This document shows positions 1 to 9,817 of a stretch of 64,000 nt of DNA, piece after piece. Numbering within the stretch: the first letter of the stretch is position 1; the number at the start of each line of letters is the position of its first letter. The position numbers and the translations under genes were made by a program. Under the pieces are notes generated by a model. It saw nothing but the letters and a program-made list of their open reading frames with translations, ran no database searches and was not told the origin of the DNA. The DNA is from an uncultured Gemmatimonadaceae bacterium (GTDB taxonomy: Bacteria; Gemmatimonadota; Gemmatimonadetes; Gemmatimonadales; Gemmatimonadaceae), in the NCBI GenBank assembly GCA_963751275.1, contig CAVVTZ010000006.1:1-64000 (forward strand), in the 5' to 3' direction.

Positions 1-138
1 CCAGATCCGGGGCCGGAAGGGGATGTGGGCGGCAGCCGTGGCACTGGTCAGCTCCGCCGGAGTCGTGCCAGTCTCGTACTTCGTCTTCGGGCAGCGTCGC
101 GAGCCTTGACCATGCTCCGGGAATGTCGCGCACCGGGG

Positions 139-396
139 TCAGGTGGTCCGCGCCGGGCGTACTACCTGGCCGGTGCGTGCGCTGGTCCGGGCGGCGTCCA
201 GGACGGCGGCGGTCGCAACGGCGTCCCAGGGGTCTACCGGCACTGGTTGGGTGCCGCGGATGGCGGCGGCGAAGGCGGGGTAGAACAGGTCCCAGGCCCC
301 GCGTGCGGAGGGCACGGGTTCTGCGGTGTCGCCGCGGAGCAACTGTCCCCACCGCATCAGCCAGTGGGGCCTGTCCGGCCAGATCGACCCCGCCAC
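139..396 (-). pseudogene. C-terminal fragment of a Gfo/Idh/MocA-type oxidoreductase
   Basis: Translation ...FYPAFAAAIRGTQPVPVDPWDAVATAAVLDAARTSARTGQVV resembles the C-terminus of this family. There is no room for the N-terminal Rossmann domain before the ABC1 gene. Confidence 0.55.
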
Positions 397-494
397 CGGT
401 GGCCTGGTCGGCTACTGCGCCATCGCCCGCAAACCGTGAGTATCCACGGAAGGACGGTCCGCCATGCCCGGCTCAGACGCGGCATCGGCCGCCC

Positions 495-2474
495 TTACCG
501 GCTCCTGAGGATCGTGAAGAGCACTCGCAGCGCGAGGATGGCGGCGACGATGAGCAGGTTGTAGCCGATGAACTGGTAGAGGCTGAGGGTGGGGGTGATC
601 TTGGGGCCGCCGGACGTGCCGAGCAGCATGGCGGCGACGATGCCGGAACCGACGCCGAGGAACGTCATCAAGAACTGATGGACCAGGCCAGTGATCATCC
701 GGCGGTCACGTTCGTCGGCGAACTGCCGCACGTTGACGCTGAGCCTGCCTTGTTCCAGCGCGCCGGTGACGCGGTCGAACCGGCGGGGCAGCCGGCGCAG
801 CACGGGGAGCAGCGCGGCCAGTTCGTCGGTGGCGGTCTTCTGCACGGCTCCCGGAGACACCTGTGCGGCTATGCGGTCCGCCGCGTACGCGCGCGCTTCG
901 CCGGCTATGTCGATCTTCGGCGTCAGCAGGCTGAGGGTGCCTTCCAGGGTGCCGAGGGCGCGCAGGACGGTGGCGACCTCGGGCGGAATGGACAGCTCGA
1001 AGCGGGAAGCCAGGCGGAACAGGTCGGTGAACATCTCGGCGGTGGCGGCCCCGCCCGCGAGGTGGCGGGCCATGAACCGGCCGAGCGCCCGCTCCAGCTG
1101 CTGCTCGTCGATGTCGTCCGGGCGCGTGACCAGTTCCAGCAGCGCGTCGCGGAGCGGCGCCGGGTCGCCGCGGCCGACCGCAGACAGCAGGTTCAGCAGC
1201 GCGGCTCGCTGCTGGGCGTCCAGGCGGCCGACCGAGCCGAAATCAAGCAGGGCGAGGCGCCCGTCAGTGAGCAGCAGGATGTTGCCCGGATGCGGGTCGG
1301 CGTGGAACACGCCGCCCTCCGTGATCTGGTACACCATGCTGCGCAGCAGCGCCCGGGCCAGCGCGGCCCGGTCAAGCCCCTTGTCCTCGATCAGCGGCCC
1401 TGCCGCGCGCAGGTTGACCCCGTCCAGCCACTCGATGACGAGCACATGCTCGGTGCACAGCTCCTCGTGTACGGCCGGAATCACCACCGGGACGCGCCTG
1501 CCCACGGCACGCTGCTGCCCCTTCCAGGTGGTGGCCATGGCGGCCATGTTCCGTGCCTCCACGCGGAAGTCGAGCTCTTCCCGGATGGCGGCGCCGAACC
1601 CGCGGGCCACGCCGACCGCGCCGACCGCGCGCGCCCAGCGGGCGTGCTCCTCGAGCCTGGCCGCCAGCCTCAGCAAGATGTCCAGGTCCTGTTCGACGGT
1701 GGCGCGGATCCCGGGCCGCTGGACCTTCACCGCCACCGTGGCGTCCGGGCCGGCTTCGCAGCGCAGCCGGGCCTTGTGCACCTGGGCGATCGACGCGGCC
1801 GCGGCCGGTTCCGGCTGCAGCTCCGCGAACACCTCCCTCGCCGGCGCCCCGAGCGACCGGCTTATCAGTTCCTCCACCTGCTCCCACGGTGCCGGTTCGG
1901 CCCGGTCCTGGAGCCGGGAGAGCTCGTCGGTGAACTCCTCGGGGAGCAGGTCACGGCGAGTGGACAGCAGCTGGCCGAACTTGACGAAGGTAACCCCGCC
2001 CTCTTCCAGCGCACTCCGCAGCGACACCGCGATCGCCGTCCGCCCCTCAGCCGTCTCCCAGCCGCGCAGCGGCCGCCCCTGCAGGTAGGGGCCCAGCCCG
2101 TGCCGCACCAGGATCCGGCTGATCTGCGCGTAGCGCCGCGAGCGCGCGAACGCGCGCCGTGCGCGCAGGACGATCTCCACCGGCTGCGGCCCGGCCCCGG
2201 TCGGCACCAGCGCCTCCGCCGCCACGATGAAGATCATCGCGACGATCAGCGGGACGCCCAGCGCGACGCTGAAGAACACGGCCAGATGCCCGGACTGGGT
2301 CGCCCGCAGCGCCCGGCCCACGATCAGCGCGGCGACGAACCCGACCAGGCCCGCGATCACCGCCCGCAGCGCTCCGACCGGCAACCCGAGCAGCCGCCGC
2401 GATACCCACGCCAGCACCGCCACCAGCACGATGCTGGTGACCAGCACGACCACCGCGAATACGATCCCGTTCAC
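495..2474 (-). CDS. ABC1/UbiB (AarF) family atypical kinase with N- and C-terminal TM helices
   Basis: Motifs FVKFGQLLSTRRD, AAASIAQVHKA, VAVKVQRPG, FHADPHPGN, LLDFG; 659 aa, intact. Confidence 0.92.
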   Translation of the reverse strand: MNGIVFAVVVLVTSIVLVAVLAWVSRRLLGLPVGALRAVIAGLVGFVAALIVGRALRATQSGHLAVFFSVALGVPLIVAMIFIVAAEALVPTGAGPQPVEIVLRARRAFARSRRYAQISRILVRHGLGPYLQGRPLRGWETAEGRTAIAVSLRSALEEGGVTFVKFGQLLSTRRDLLPEEFTDELSRLQDRAEPAPWEQVEELISRSLGAPAREVFAELQPEPAAAASIAQVHKARLRCEAGPDATVAVKVQRPGIRATVEQDLDILLRLAARLEEHARWARAVGAVGVARGFGAAIREELDFRVEARNMAAMATTWKGQQRAVGRRVPVVIPAVHEELCTEHVLVIEWLDGVNLRAAGPLIEDKGLDRAALARALLRSMVYQITEGGVFHADPHPGNILLLTDGRLALLDFGSVGRLDAQQRAALLNLLSAVGRGDPAPLRDALLELVTRPDDIDEQQLERALGRFMARHLAGGAATAEMFTDLFRLASRFELSIPPEVATVLRALGTLEGTLSLLTPKIDIAGEARAYAADRIAAQVSPGAVQKTATDELAALLPVLRRLPRRFDRVTGALEQGRLSVNVRQFADERDRRMITGLVHQFLMTFLGVGSGIVAAMLLGTSGGPKITPTLSLYQFIGYNLLIVAAILALRVLFTILRSR

Positions 2475-2539
2475 ACCAACACCAAACTATTCCGGCGCGC
2501 CACCAGATCAAAGGCGCAGCAGCTGGCCAGCGCGCCGGC

Positions 2540-2660
2540 CGGGCCGTGCCCGAGGTGGGTGGAGACGGCCTTCATGCTGACGAACAGCGCCTGGGCGATC
2601 TGGCGGTTGGTCAGGCCCTGGCTGCGAGCTGCGCGACCCGCAGCTCGCTGGCGGTCAGCG
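2540..2660 (-). pseudogene. LuxR-type HTH remnant
   Basis: The reverse strand reads QGLTNRQIAQALFVSMKAVSTHLGH, a LuxR HTH signature, with no intact ORF around it. Confidence 0.6.
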
Positions 2661-2885
2661 CCTCGGCGCCGGCAAGGCGTTCGCGTCGCGGCCGGCCGCC
2701 GGAGCCCCTAGAGTGATACCCCCCGCGCCCCAGGCTGGATGTTTCAGCTGAGCGTGCGCAGCCGTGAAGGCGTCCTGCACCGCCTCTTCGGCGAGGTCGA
2801 TATCGCCGAAGAGGCGGATCAGGGTGGCTACGCAGCGGCCGTACTCGGCGCGGAAGACGCGCTCGATGTCCGCAGAGGAGGTCAC
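2655..2885 (-). pseudogene. ECF sigma factor, N-terminal fragment only
   Basis: IERVFRAEYGRCVATLIRLFGDIDLAEEAVQDAF is sigma region 2 and follows a YciI gene, as is usual. Similarity stops after about 45 aa. Confidence 0.75.
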
Positions 2886-2892
2886 CGGCGGG

Positions 2893-3249
2893 CTAGCCGG
2901 CGGGGTCTTCTTGGAACGGGCGGACCTCGACCGGGGCGCGGCACGCGCTAGCGGCCTTCGCGGCCCAGGCGAGCGCCGCGTCGAGGTCGGCGGCCTTGAT
3001 CACCCAGAAGCCGCCGAGGTGTTCTTTGGTCTCCGCGAACGGGCCGTCGATCGTAAGGACCTCACCGCCCTGCACGCGGACCACGGTGGCCGAGGCTGGG
3101 GGGTGCAGCCCCCCGCCGAAGACCCACGCCCCTTCGGCCCGCAGCTCGGCGTTGAACGCGTCCACGTCGGCGTAGGTCTGCTGCACCTCCTCCGGAGACG
3201 GGAGTTGCTGGCCCTCGGCGCTGTGCACGGACAGCATGTACTGCTTCAT
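2893..3249 (-). CDS. YciI/DGPF-domain protein
   Basis: DGPFAETKEHLGGFWVI and VEVRPF motifs; start MKQYMLSVH. Confidence 0.9.
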   Translation of the reverse strand: MKQYMLSVHSAEGQQLPSPEEVQQTYADVDAFNAELRAEGAWVFGGGLHPPASATVVRVQGGEVLTIDGPFAETKEHLGGFWVIKAADLDAALAWAAKAASACRAPVEVRPFQEDPAG

Positions 3250-3404
3250 GAGCTTGCTCCTTCCTGGTTTCCGGCACGCTACCGGTCTCTGAGCTACGGG
3301 CCTGGCTGCAGGGCCTTGTCCGGCAGCGGCGAACCATTGCCGCCGGCGACCCGGCCGCACCCGGCCGGGTCCCTGCGATGATGGTCATCCCGGCGGCCGG
3401 GAGA

Positions 3405-3910
3405 CGTCGGTCGAGGAGATCGCGGACGCGGCCCGGGTCACCAAGGGCGCGGTGTACCACCACTTCGCCGGCAAGGAGGCGTTGTTCCGCGCCGTGCTGG
3501 CAGAGGTCGAGGTTGAGGCCGAGGCCCGTGCGGCTGGAGCCGGAGACCCGGAGGGGGCGCCGGTCGACCAGATCGTGGCCCGTGTGAACGCCTACCTGGA
3601 CGCTGCGCTCGATGAGGAGATGCGGCGGATCGCGCTGATCGACGGGCCCGCCGTGCTCGGCCTGGAGCCGGAGGGTTCGGTTGAGCAGCAGCCGGGCCAC
3701 GTGGACCTGCGGTCGTTCGTCGCCGCGTCGGCCGCGCGCGGCCAGATCATCGACCTCGACCCTGACCTTCTCGCTCATCTCATCCGGGGCCTGGTGTGGC
3801 TGAGCGGACTGCAGATCGCGCACGCCAGCGACCCCGACGTGACCAGGGCGGCGCTGGGGGAGGCGCTCGACGCGATGCTCCGGGGCCTGGCTCCAGGCCC
3901 GAGGCGATAA
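3405..3910 (+). pseudogene. TetR family regulator, 5'-truncated
   Basis: VEEIADAARVTKGAVYHHFAGKEALF is a TetR HTH. The first helix and a start codon are missing in frame. Confidence 0.7.
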
Positions 3911-3971
3911 GCCTGGCCGCCCAGCGAACAGGGCTTGCGCCTATGGCATACCCAGGGTATGTTTTATACCC

Positions 3972-4395
3972 ATGGAATCCGGAAGGCTGGAAACCCGGCT
4001 CGGGCCCCTGGCCTGGCGATCGTCCGGCCGGGGGCCGGCGCTCGTCTTCTTCGCCGGCGCCCTCGCGAATCATGATCTGTGGCGTGACGTCGCCGTCGCG
4101 CTGCAGGACCGCTACCGCTGCATCACGGTCGACCTCCCGCTGGGAGCGCATCCGTGGCCGCTGTCCGCGGGAGCAGACCGATCGGCCACCTCGCTGGCCC
4201 GGCTGCTGCTCGACTGCCTCGAACTGCTCGACGTGGAAGATGCCACGGTGGTCGGCAACGACACGGGCGGCGGACTGCTCCTGCTGTCGCTCGCCAGTGG
4301 TCATCCGGCGCTCGGGCGAGTGGGCCGTCTGGTCCTGACGAACTGTGAGACCTACGACAAGTTCCCGCCGCCGGGTGCGCTCAGAAGGGCGTCGG
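3972..4395 (+). pseudogene. Alpha/beta hydrolase, 3'-truncated
   Basis: PALVFFAGALANHDLW, DLPLGAH and GNDTGG motifs; it runs into the convergent gene at about 4390. Confidence 0.75.
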
Positions 4396-4819
4396 CCCAG
4401 ATCCCGCCGCGGTCCTCCGGCGGCGCCGCCCGCCGCCCGCCGGTGCAGCGCGGGTAAGCCACTCCCGGCTCGGCCGGGATGATCTTCTCCACCACGATGT
4501 CGTGCCGCCAGTCGTCGCCGAAATCGTAGCTGTAGACGACCTTGGCCCGCTCCACCGCGGCCACTTGAGCGAGCGCGGCGGTAGCCTCGTCCTGCCGCTC
4601 CGACCAGTCATCGTCGTCGTCCGGCGCGCCGAACTCACCGCATACGGTCTCGAAGGCGTGTAGGTGGTAGCCCTCCCAATCGAAGGCGGCCTGCATCACC
4701 TCGTGTACTAGGTCGAGCGGCATGGCGCTGGGGATCTCAAGCCGCCGCCAGACTGGCGGCTTGGCGCCGTACAGGCTCACCTTCACGCGGTGCACGGTGG
4801 TGGCGGCCTTCTTCGGCAT
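4390..4819 (-). pseudogene. Plasmid pRiA4b ORF-3 family protein, 3'-truncated
   Basis: PPVWRRLEIP, HLHAF, YSYDFGDDWRHDI, PRCTGGRRAAPPED; ends abruptly after GGIWA. Confidence 0.8.
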
Positions 4820-5000
4820 GTCGCCGATCATTCCACAGGCGGGTGCGGGCGCCGATCGATCAGTGGCCGCAGGTCGGCCGCTCGGCCCGCGCGGGTACAG
4901 GCCCGAAGTGCCGCTGCCCGTCAGGGCCATCCAAAATCCTTTACCCGAACGGACCGTGGTGCGTCTTTCGCGTTCCCTGCTTCGCTTGAGCGGCGCGAGC

Positions 5001-5501
5001 TCAGCTTGCGGCGAGCCTTTCGGCGCCGGCTCGGGCGGCGTCGGCCGTGCGGTGCAGGAAGTCGGCCAGGAGCTGGAGGTCCTTGTCGTCGTACTCGGCG
5101 CAGATCTGGTCCATCGCGGTGTTCATCCCGGAATCAATGAGGTAGAGGCGGAGGATCTCCGCTCCGCGGCCCCGGGCCGCCTGGACGACGACGCCGCGGC
5201 GGTCGGAGGGGTCACGGCCGCGATCGATCCAGCCGCCGCGTTCGAGCCGGTCGAGGATGCCGGTCATGGTGGCGGGGTGCAGTCCGGCGCGCCGGGCCAG
5301 AGCGCTCGGGCTGAGCGGGCCGTACCGGGTGATGAGGTCAAGGCACTCCAGGTCAGCGGCCTTGAGATCGAGGCGTGCGCCGACGCTGTGGTTGAGCAGC
5401 GACAGCTGGGCACCCAGCTCCCGCAGCGACTCCTTGATCGCGCGGTTCAGTCGTCCGTGGTGCGGCACCGCGCCCGCATCTCCCGATAGTATCGATTCCA
5501 T
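5001..5501 (-). CDS. MarR family regulator
   Basis: LSPSALARRAGLHPATMTGILDRLERGGWIDRGRDPSDRRGV winged HTH. Confidence 0.9.
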   Translation of the reverse strand: MESILSGDAGAVPHHGRLNRAIKESLRELGAQLSLLNHSVGARLDLKAADLECLDLITRYGPLSPSALARRAGLHPATMTGILDRLERGGWIDRGRDPSDRRGVVVQAARGRGAEILRLYLIDSGMNTAMDQICAEYDDKDLQLLADFLHRTADAARAGAERLAAS

Positions 5502-5534
5502 ATGATATGGTCTCCGTATAGTATGAGTTACGGA
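5498..5534. promoter_or_regulatory. Probable MarR operator palindromes
   Basis: CCATAT-G-ATATGG and TCCGTA-N10-TACGGA lie in the short AT-rich gap between the divergent marR and oxidoreductase genes. Confidence 0.5.
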
Positions 5535-5577
5535 ATAAATGTACCGGAAGGCAACGGAACCTGGAAAGGCGAACACG

Positions 5578-6213
5578 ATGAAACTCACCATCCTCGGCGC
5601 GACGGGCGCCACCGGAACCTGCCTCACCAGCCAGGCGCTCGCGGCCGGTCACGAGGTCACCGCGGTAGTCCGCGATCCTGCCCGCCTGGCCGTGCCGGCT
5701 CATCCCCGGCTGCGGACCGTCACCGCCGACGTCATGGACCCCGCATCCATCGCCCCGGCTATCGCAGGCGCGGACGCCGTCATCTCTGCGGTAGGCCCGC
5801 GCGGCACCGGTCCCACCACCGTCATCCAGGACAGCGTGCACGGCATCATCCAGGCCATGCACAAGACCGGTATCCGACGGCTCCTGCAGGTCAGCGGTTC
5901 CATCGTCGCCGACGAAGGCGAAAGCCCCTACATGCGCCACCTGGTCAAGCCCGTGGCACGGCGCACGTTCCTGCGCCATGTCTGCGCCGACATGCGCCGC
6001 GGCGAGGACGAGATCCGGGACAGCGACCTGGACTGGACGATCTTCCGCCCGCCCGCGCTGAACGGCAAAGCCGCCACGGGCGCCTACCGCACCGCGATCG
6101 ACCGCAACCTGCCGCACGGATTCACCGTCTCCCGCGCCGACCTGGCCGCCTGCATGCTCGCCATGCTCGGCGACCCGGCCACCGTGCACCGGCACGTAGC
6201 CATCGCCAGCTAA
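5578..6213 (+). CDS. NAD(P)H-binding protein (atypical SDR / flavin reductase-like)
   Basis: MKLTILGATGATG Rossmann motif, LDWTIFRPPAL, SRADLA. Confidence 0.9.
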   Translation: MKLTILGATGATGTCLTSQALAAGHEVTAVVRDPARLAVPAHPRLRTVTADVMDPASIAPAIAGADAVISAVGPRGTGPTTVIQDSVHGIIQAMHKTGIRRLLQVSGSIVADEGESPYMRHLVKPVARRTFLRHVCADMRRGEDEIRDSDLDWTIFRPPALNGKAATGAYRTAIDRNLPHGFTVSRADLAACMLAMLGDPATVHRHVAIAS

Positions 6214-6309
6214 CACCGCAGTCACGATCCCCGGGTCGGGGTCAGCGTGCTTGCTGACGGGGCGGGTGTGGTGTGGGACGCCGGGATCGGGTCCTACATC
6301 TCTCGTCTA

Positions 6310-6728
6310 AGACGGTGACCGAGGATCCCGCCTGGGCGGAGTGGTCCGCCGAGGCCCTCGCCCAGGCGCGGGATGACGGCCTGCTGGTGATCAACCCGAT
6401 CGTGTATGCCGAAGTCTCGACGGGATTCGATCGGATCGAGGACCTCGATGACGCCGTTCCCGCTGATGACTTCCGGCGCGAGGCGCTACCGTACGAGGCG
6501 GCCTTCGTGGCGGGCAAGGCGTTCCTGGCCTACCGCAGGCGGGGCGGCCAGAAGCGATCCCCGCTCCCGGACTTCTATATCGGCGCGCATGCCGCGGTCC
6601 GCCGGTACCGGCTTTTGACCCGGGACGGGGCCCGATACCGCACCTATTTCCCGACGGTCACTCTCATCGCTCCTGATCGTGAGCACGTGATGAACGAAGG
6701 CCAGGACGAACCGCCGCACTCAGACTAG
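6310..6728 (+). pseudogene. VapC/PIN-domain toxin lacking its N-terminal residues
   Basis: INPIVYAEVS, RSPLPDFYIGAHA, LLTRD; the N-terminal strand with the first catalytic Asp is absent. Confidence 0.75.
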
Positions 6729-6794
6729 CCAGATCTGACCGACTGACATCGGCAACGAATCCTTGACCTAGCCGCACATAACGGCGAACGCTGG

Positions 6795-6960
6795 CCGCTG
6801 GCATCGTCGCCCGGTCGCCCAGGATGTGCTCGAGAGCGGAGGCGCCAGCGCCGGGCGGGTGCGTGGCGTGACTCGGCTGGGCGAGCTGCTGCGGGTCGCC
6901 CAGCAGTACCAGGTTCCGCGCCGCCTCGGCCACCGCCAGCACTCCTGCCAGCGACAAGCG
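6795..6960 (-). pseudogene. Fragment of an SF1 helicase domain (TM0106/RecB-nuclease-helicase type)
   Basis: SLAGVLAVAEAARNLVLLGDPQQLAQPS..HPPGAGASALEHILG, the helicase motif III region only. Confidence 0.6.
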
Positions 6961-7278
6961 TTATCCCGCGCTGGTTCGCGTGCGACGTCCGGGCTCACCC
7001 GGTCCAGCCGCGGCAAGTCGGGCAGTCCGGCGAACCCGCGCCGGGTCGAGATCCCGGCGCCCTTCCGGCCACCAGCGACAGGTCATCGTCGGTTCTCCCT
7101 GCGGCTGGCGCACAGCTCGCGCCAGCGGCAGATGGCACAGTGCTCGAACGGCTCCGGGTAGACCTCGGCCGCTGGGTCCCCGCCGATGGCGGCCGCCGGA
7201 GCAGCCGCCGCGTCTGCTGATCGATAGGCACCGCCCTGGCCGTCAAGGGTGTCGTACCTGCTGTGCTACCATAACGTT

Positions 7279-7425
7279 ATGGCTCAGCGTGAGAAGCGCT
7301 CAGTATCCCTGCCCCCTGACCTGGCCCGGGCCGTCGAGCAGGCCGCCAAGGCGGAGGGAACCACCTTCAGCGCATGGCTGGCGCAGACGGCAGCGCACCG
7401 GCTCAAGCTCGAGGCGGGACGGTGA
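7279..7425 (+). pseudogene. Ribbon-helix-helix (antitoxin-like) protein, probably truncated
   Basis: Not in the ORF track. Reads MAQREKRSVSLPPDLARAVEQAAKAEGTTFSAWLAQTAAHRLKLEAGR*. Confidence 0.65.
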
Positions 7426-7879
7426 TGAACGACGCGAGCCCGGCGGCGGCCTGCTTGCGGATCGCGCCCTGGACGAAGGGTGTCCAGCCGAGTAGAGCGC
7501 CCTTAAGTCCGAGCGCCTGACGCGACCAGGCGTAGAGGTCGAAGCGGTCGGTGTGCGCGCCGATCTTCCCGTTCGCGAACGTGAACGTGGCGTCGATCAT
7601 GTTGTGCACGGGGCGTCCGGTGGCGGTGAAGGTGTACCACGCTTCCCAGTGCGCGGCGCCGCTCGTGTCGTTCGCGGTGAACGCGGAGGATTCGATGCGC
7701 AGGTCGTTCGCGCGCTCGCAGAGCATGCGCCACATCGCGCCGATCTGGGCACCGTGGAGCTCGCCGAACACGGGATCCGTGAACGCGGCATTGCTCGCGT
7801 AGGACGCGGCCATAGTTCGGTAGTCGCGCCGCGCGAAGGCCCCGTAGAAGTCGCGGAGTAGTCTCTCGTTCGGGTGCAC
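7403..7879 (-). CDS. SnoaL/NTF2-like protein
   Basis: FYGAFARRD..F(T)DPVF..MWRML..HWEAWYTF..GRPVHN..HTDRFD. The last residues overlap the junction at about 7420. Confidence 0.85.
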   Translation of the reverse strand: MHPNERLLRDFYGAFARRDYRTMAASYASNAAFTDPVFGELHGAQIGAMWRMLCERANDLRIESSAFTANDTSGAAHWEAWYTFTATGRPVHNMIDATFTFANGKIGAHTDRFDLYAWSRQALGLKGALLGWTPFVQGAIRKQAAAGLASFITVPPRA

Positions 7880-7919
7880 AGTGCTAAAGTGCCTCGGTCG
7901 CGCAGTCGTGCGCAATGGC

Positions 7920-8391
7920 TCGGCTCCCTGCGCCGAAGGTCGCGGGCCCGGCGCCCGGCTCCGCCGCCGACGCTCAAACCGCTTCGAGCCTCGCGCACAC
8001 TACGCGCGAGTCTCTCGCTTTTCGCTGAGGCGGCGTCGCCGGGACCGGACCCGCTCCCGTTCGTCCCCGGTGGACTGCGACTGCGCGCTGATGCGCGCCC
8101 GAGGCCGTTCAGTGGGCGCGAACGGATCCGGGCGCGCGCCTCCCGTGCGGATCGCGTGCGGGAGGCTGCCTCGGCGGCCGCGTTTCCGTCTCGCCCGGTC
8201 GGGCTGAACGACCGATGATCATCGCGCATGTTGTGGCCCCATGGAGCCGGCCGGCGGGCGGCGGGTCCCGCGGCGGCGGCCTCAGCGAAAAGCGAGAGAC
8301 TCGCGGCGCCGTTCAGCCGCGAGGCTCGAAGCGGTTTGAGCGTCGGCCGCCAGAGCGGGGCCCGCCGCCCGCCGGACCCGCGCAAGGAGCT
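7920..8391. repeat. Large imperfect inverted-repeat element of about 470 bp
   Basis: 7966-8031 (GACGCTCAAACCGCTTCGAGCCTCGCG..CGCGAGTCTCTCGCTTTTCGCTGAGG) is the reverse complement of 8279-8347. Confidence 0.85.
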
Positions 8392-8451
8392 AGACATAGT
8401 ACTCGCTATCATATATCGTCAGCCCACTCACCACTCGACGAGAGAACGAGC

Positions 8452-9102
8452 ATGGCCGCCGCTTCGATCTATGCACGCGAACCGCAGCAGGCCCGCAGCG
8501 CGGAAACGACGCGCCGGCTCATCGAGGCGGCGCAGGACTTGCTCGAGACGCAGAGCTTCGACGATACCTCCGTCACGGCCATCGCCGCCAAGGCGGGCGT
8601 CACCATCGGCGCCTTCTACGCGCGGTTCGGCGACAAGGCCGGACTCCTGCGCGTGCTGGAGGCCAATCTGCATGAGGCCTTCGAGACGCTCGCCGATCAG
8701 CAGACCGTGCCGCAGAAATGGACCGGACGCGCGATCGAGCAGGCGCTGCGCGAGCACCACGAGACGCTCGTGCGCACGTACCGCTCGCACCGAGGCTCGG
8801 CGCGCGCTCTCTTGCTCAAGGCGCAGACCGACCCCGCCCTGCGCAAGCGCATCGACAAGCTCAACCAGCGCAATCTGCCGCTCATCGCCAAGGCGCTCGC
8901 GAGCCATGGGAAGATCAGCCACCCGGAGGCCGAGCGCGCGCTGCAGTTCGCGCTGCTGGCGGTGCGATCGGTGTGCCGTGAGGTGCTGCTCTTCCATCAG
9001 GAGTGGCCGGGGGCGGGCCGCAAGCTCTCGGACGCCGTGCTCGTGGAAGAGCTGACGAGAATGGTCCTCGGGTACCTTGGGATCAAGGGCGCGGGGAAGT
9101 GA
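8452..9102 (+). CDS. TetR family regulator
   Basis: TSVTAIAAKAGVTIGAFYARFGDK HTH. Confidence 0.92.
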   Translation: MAAASIYAREPQQARSAETTRRLIEAAQDLLETQSFDDTSVTAIAAKAGVTIGAFYARFGDKAGLLRVLEANLHEAFETLADQQTVPQKWTGRAIEQALREHHETLVRTYRSHRGSARALLLKAQTDPALRKRIDKLNQRNLPLIAKALASHGKISHPEAERALQFALLAVRSVCREVLLFHQEWPGAGRKLSDAVLVEELTRMVLGYLGIKGAGK

Positions 9103-9117
9103 GAGCTTATGTCAGGC

Positions 9118-9219
9118 TCGGGACGCGGGGCTCGGGACGCGCCGCGGGACGCGAGAACTGCCGGGGAGCCCTCGCGTCGTTGTCGCATCCCGCGGCGCGT
9201 CCCGAGCCCCGCGTCCCGA
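9118..9219. repeat. Palindromic repeat family A, copy 1
   Basis: GGGACGCGGGGCTCGGGACGCGCCGCGGGACGCG ... reverse complement. Confidence 0.9.
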
Positions 9220-9250
9220 ACGTGACCTACCTCGTGCCGATCCGGAGCGG

Positions 9251-9706
9251 ATGATGAAGCCATACGATGATTCGGGAGACCTGATCCGCGCCGGCTACGC
9301 CGTGCTCAGCGGCAAGGCGAGCGAGCCGCGCGATTGGGCGCGCTTCCGCACGTTCTATGCGCCGAATGCGCGTCTCGCGCCGGTGAACGTGCACGCCGAC
9401 GGCAGCCCCAAGCTCGAGCTGTTCAGTGTGGAGGATTACATCACGAGCCGCACGGCGCTGCTCGCGACGATGGATTTCTATGAGATCGAGATCGCGCGAA
9501 AGGAATGGCGCGTGGGGAATGTCGCGACCGTACTCTCGGTGTATGAATCGCGACGCACGCCCGACGGGCCGGCGTTCCAGCGCGGGGTGAACTCGGTGCT
9601 CCTCTTCAACGACGGGGTCCGGTGGTGGATAACCGCCATCACGTGGGACGGGGCCCATGCGGGGTCGATGCCTGATGCGCCGATACCGGAGCTCAAGCAC
9701 TCGTAA
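9251..9706 (+). CDS. Hypothetical NTF2-like protein
   Basis: RDWARFRTFYAPNARL..FYEIEI..GNVATVLSVYE..RGVNS..RWWITAITWD; GGAG RBS. Confidence 0.75.
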   Translation: MMKPYDDSGDLIRAGYAVLSGKASEPRDWARFRTFYAPNARLAPVNVHADGSPKLELFSVEDYITSRTALLATMDFYEIEIARKEWRVGNVATVLSVYESRRTPDGPAFQRGVNSVLLFNDGVRWWITAITWDGAHAGSMPDAPIPELKHS

Positions 9707-9817
9707 GGCGCGGGACGCGGGGCTCGGGACGCGCCGCGGGACGCGCGAACAGCACGAGGAGCTCACGCGCCGTTCTCGCGTCCCGCGGCGCGTCCCGAGC
9801 CCCGCGTCCCGCGCCTT
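9705..9817. repeat. Palindromic repeat family A, copy 2
   Basis: Same arms as copy 1; fills the gap between two convergent stop codons. Confidence 0.9.

Noticed and set aside
123..2711. 862-aa plus-strand ORF (and similar long ORFs such as 45715..49125, 25056..27176, 54270..56273)
   Set aside because: Antisense shadows of real genes in high-GC DNA; no recognisable motifs.
6273..7425. Functional VapBC toxin-antitoxin pair
   Set aside because: Both parts are truncated, in the wrong order and separated by unrelated fragments.
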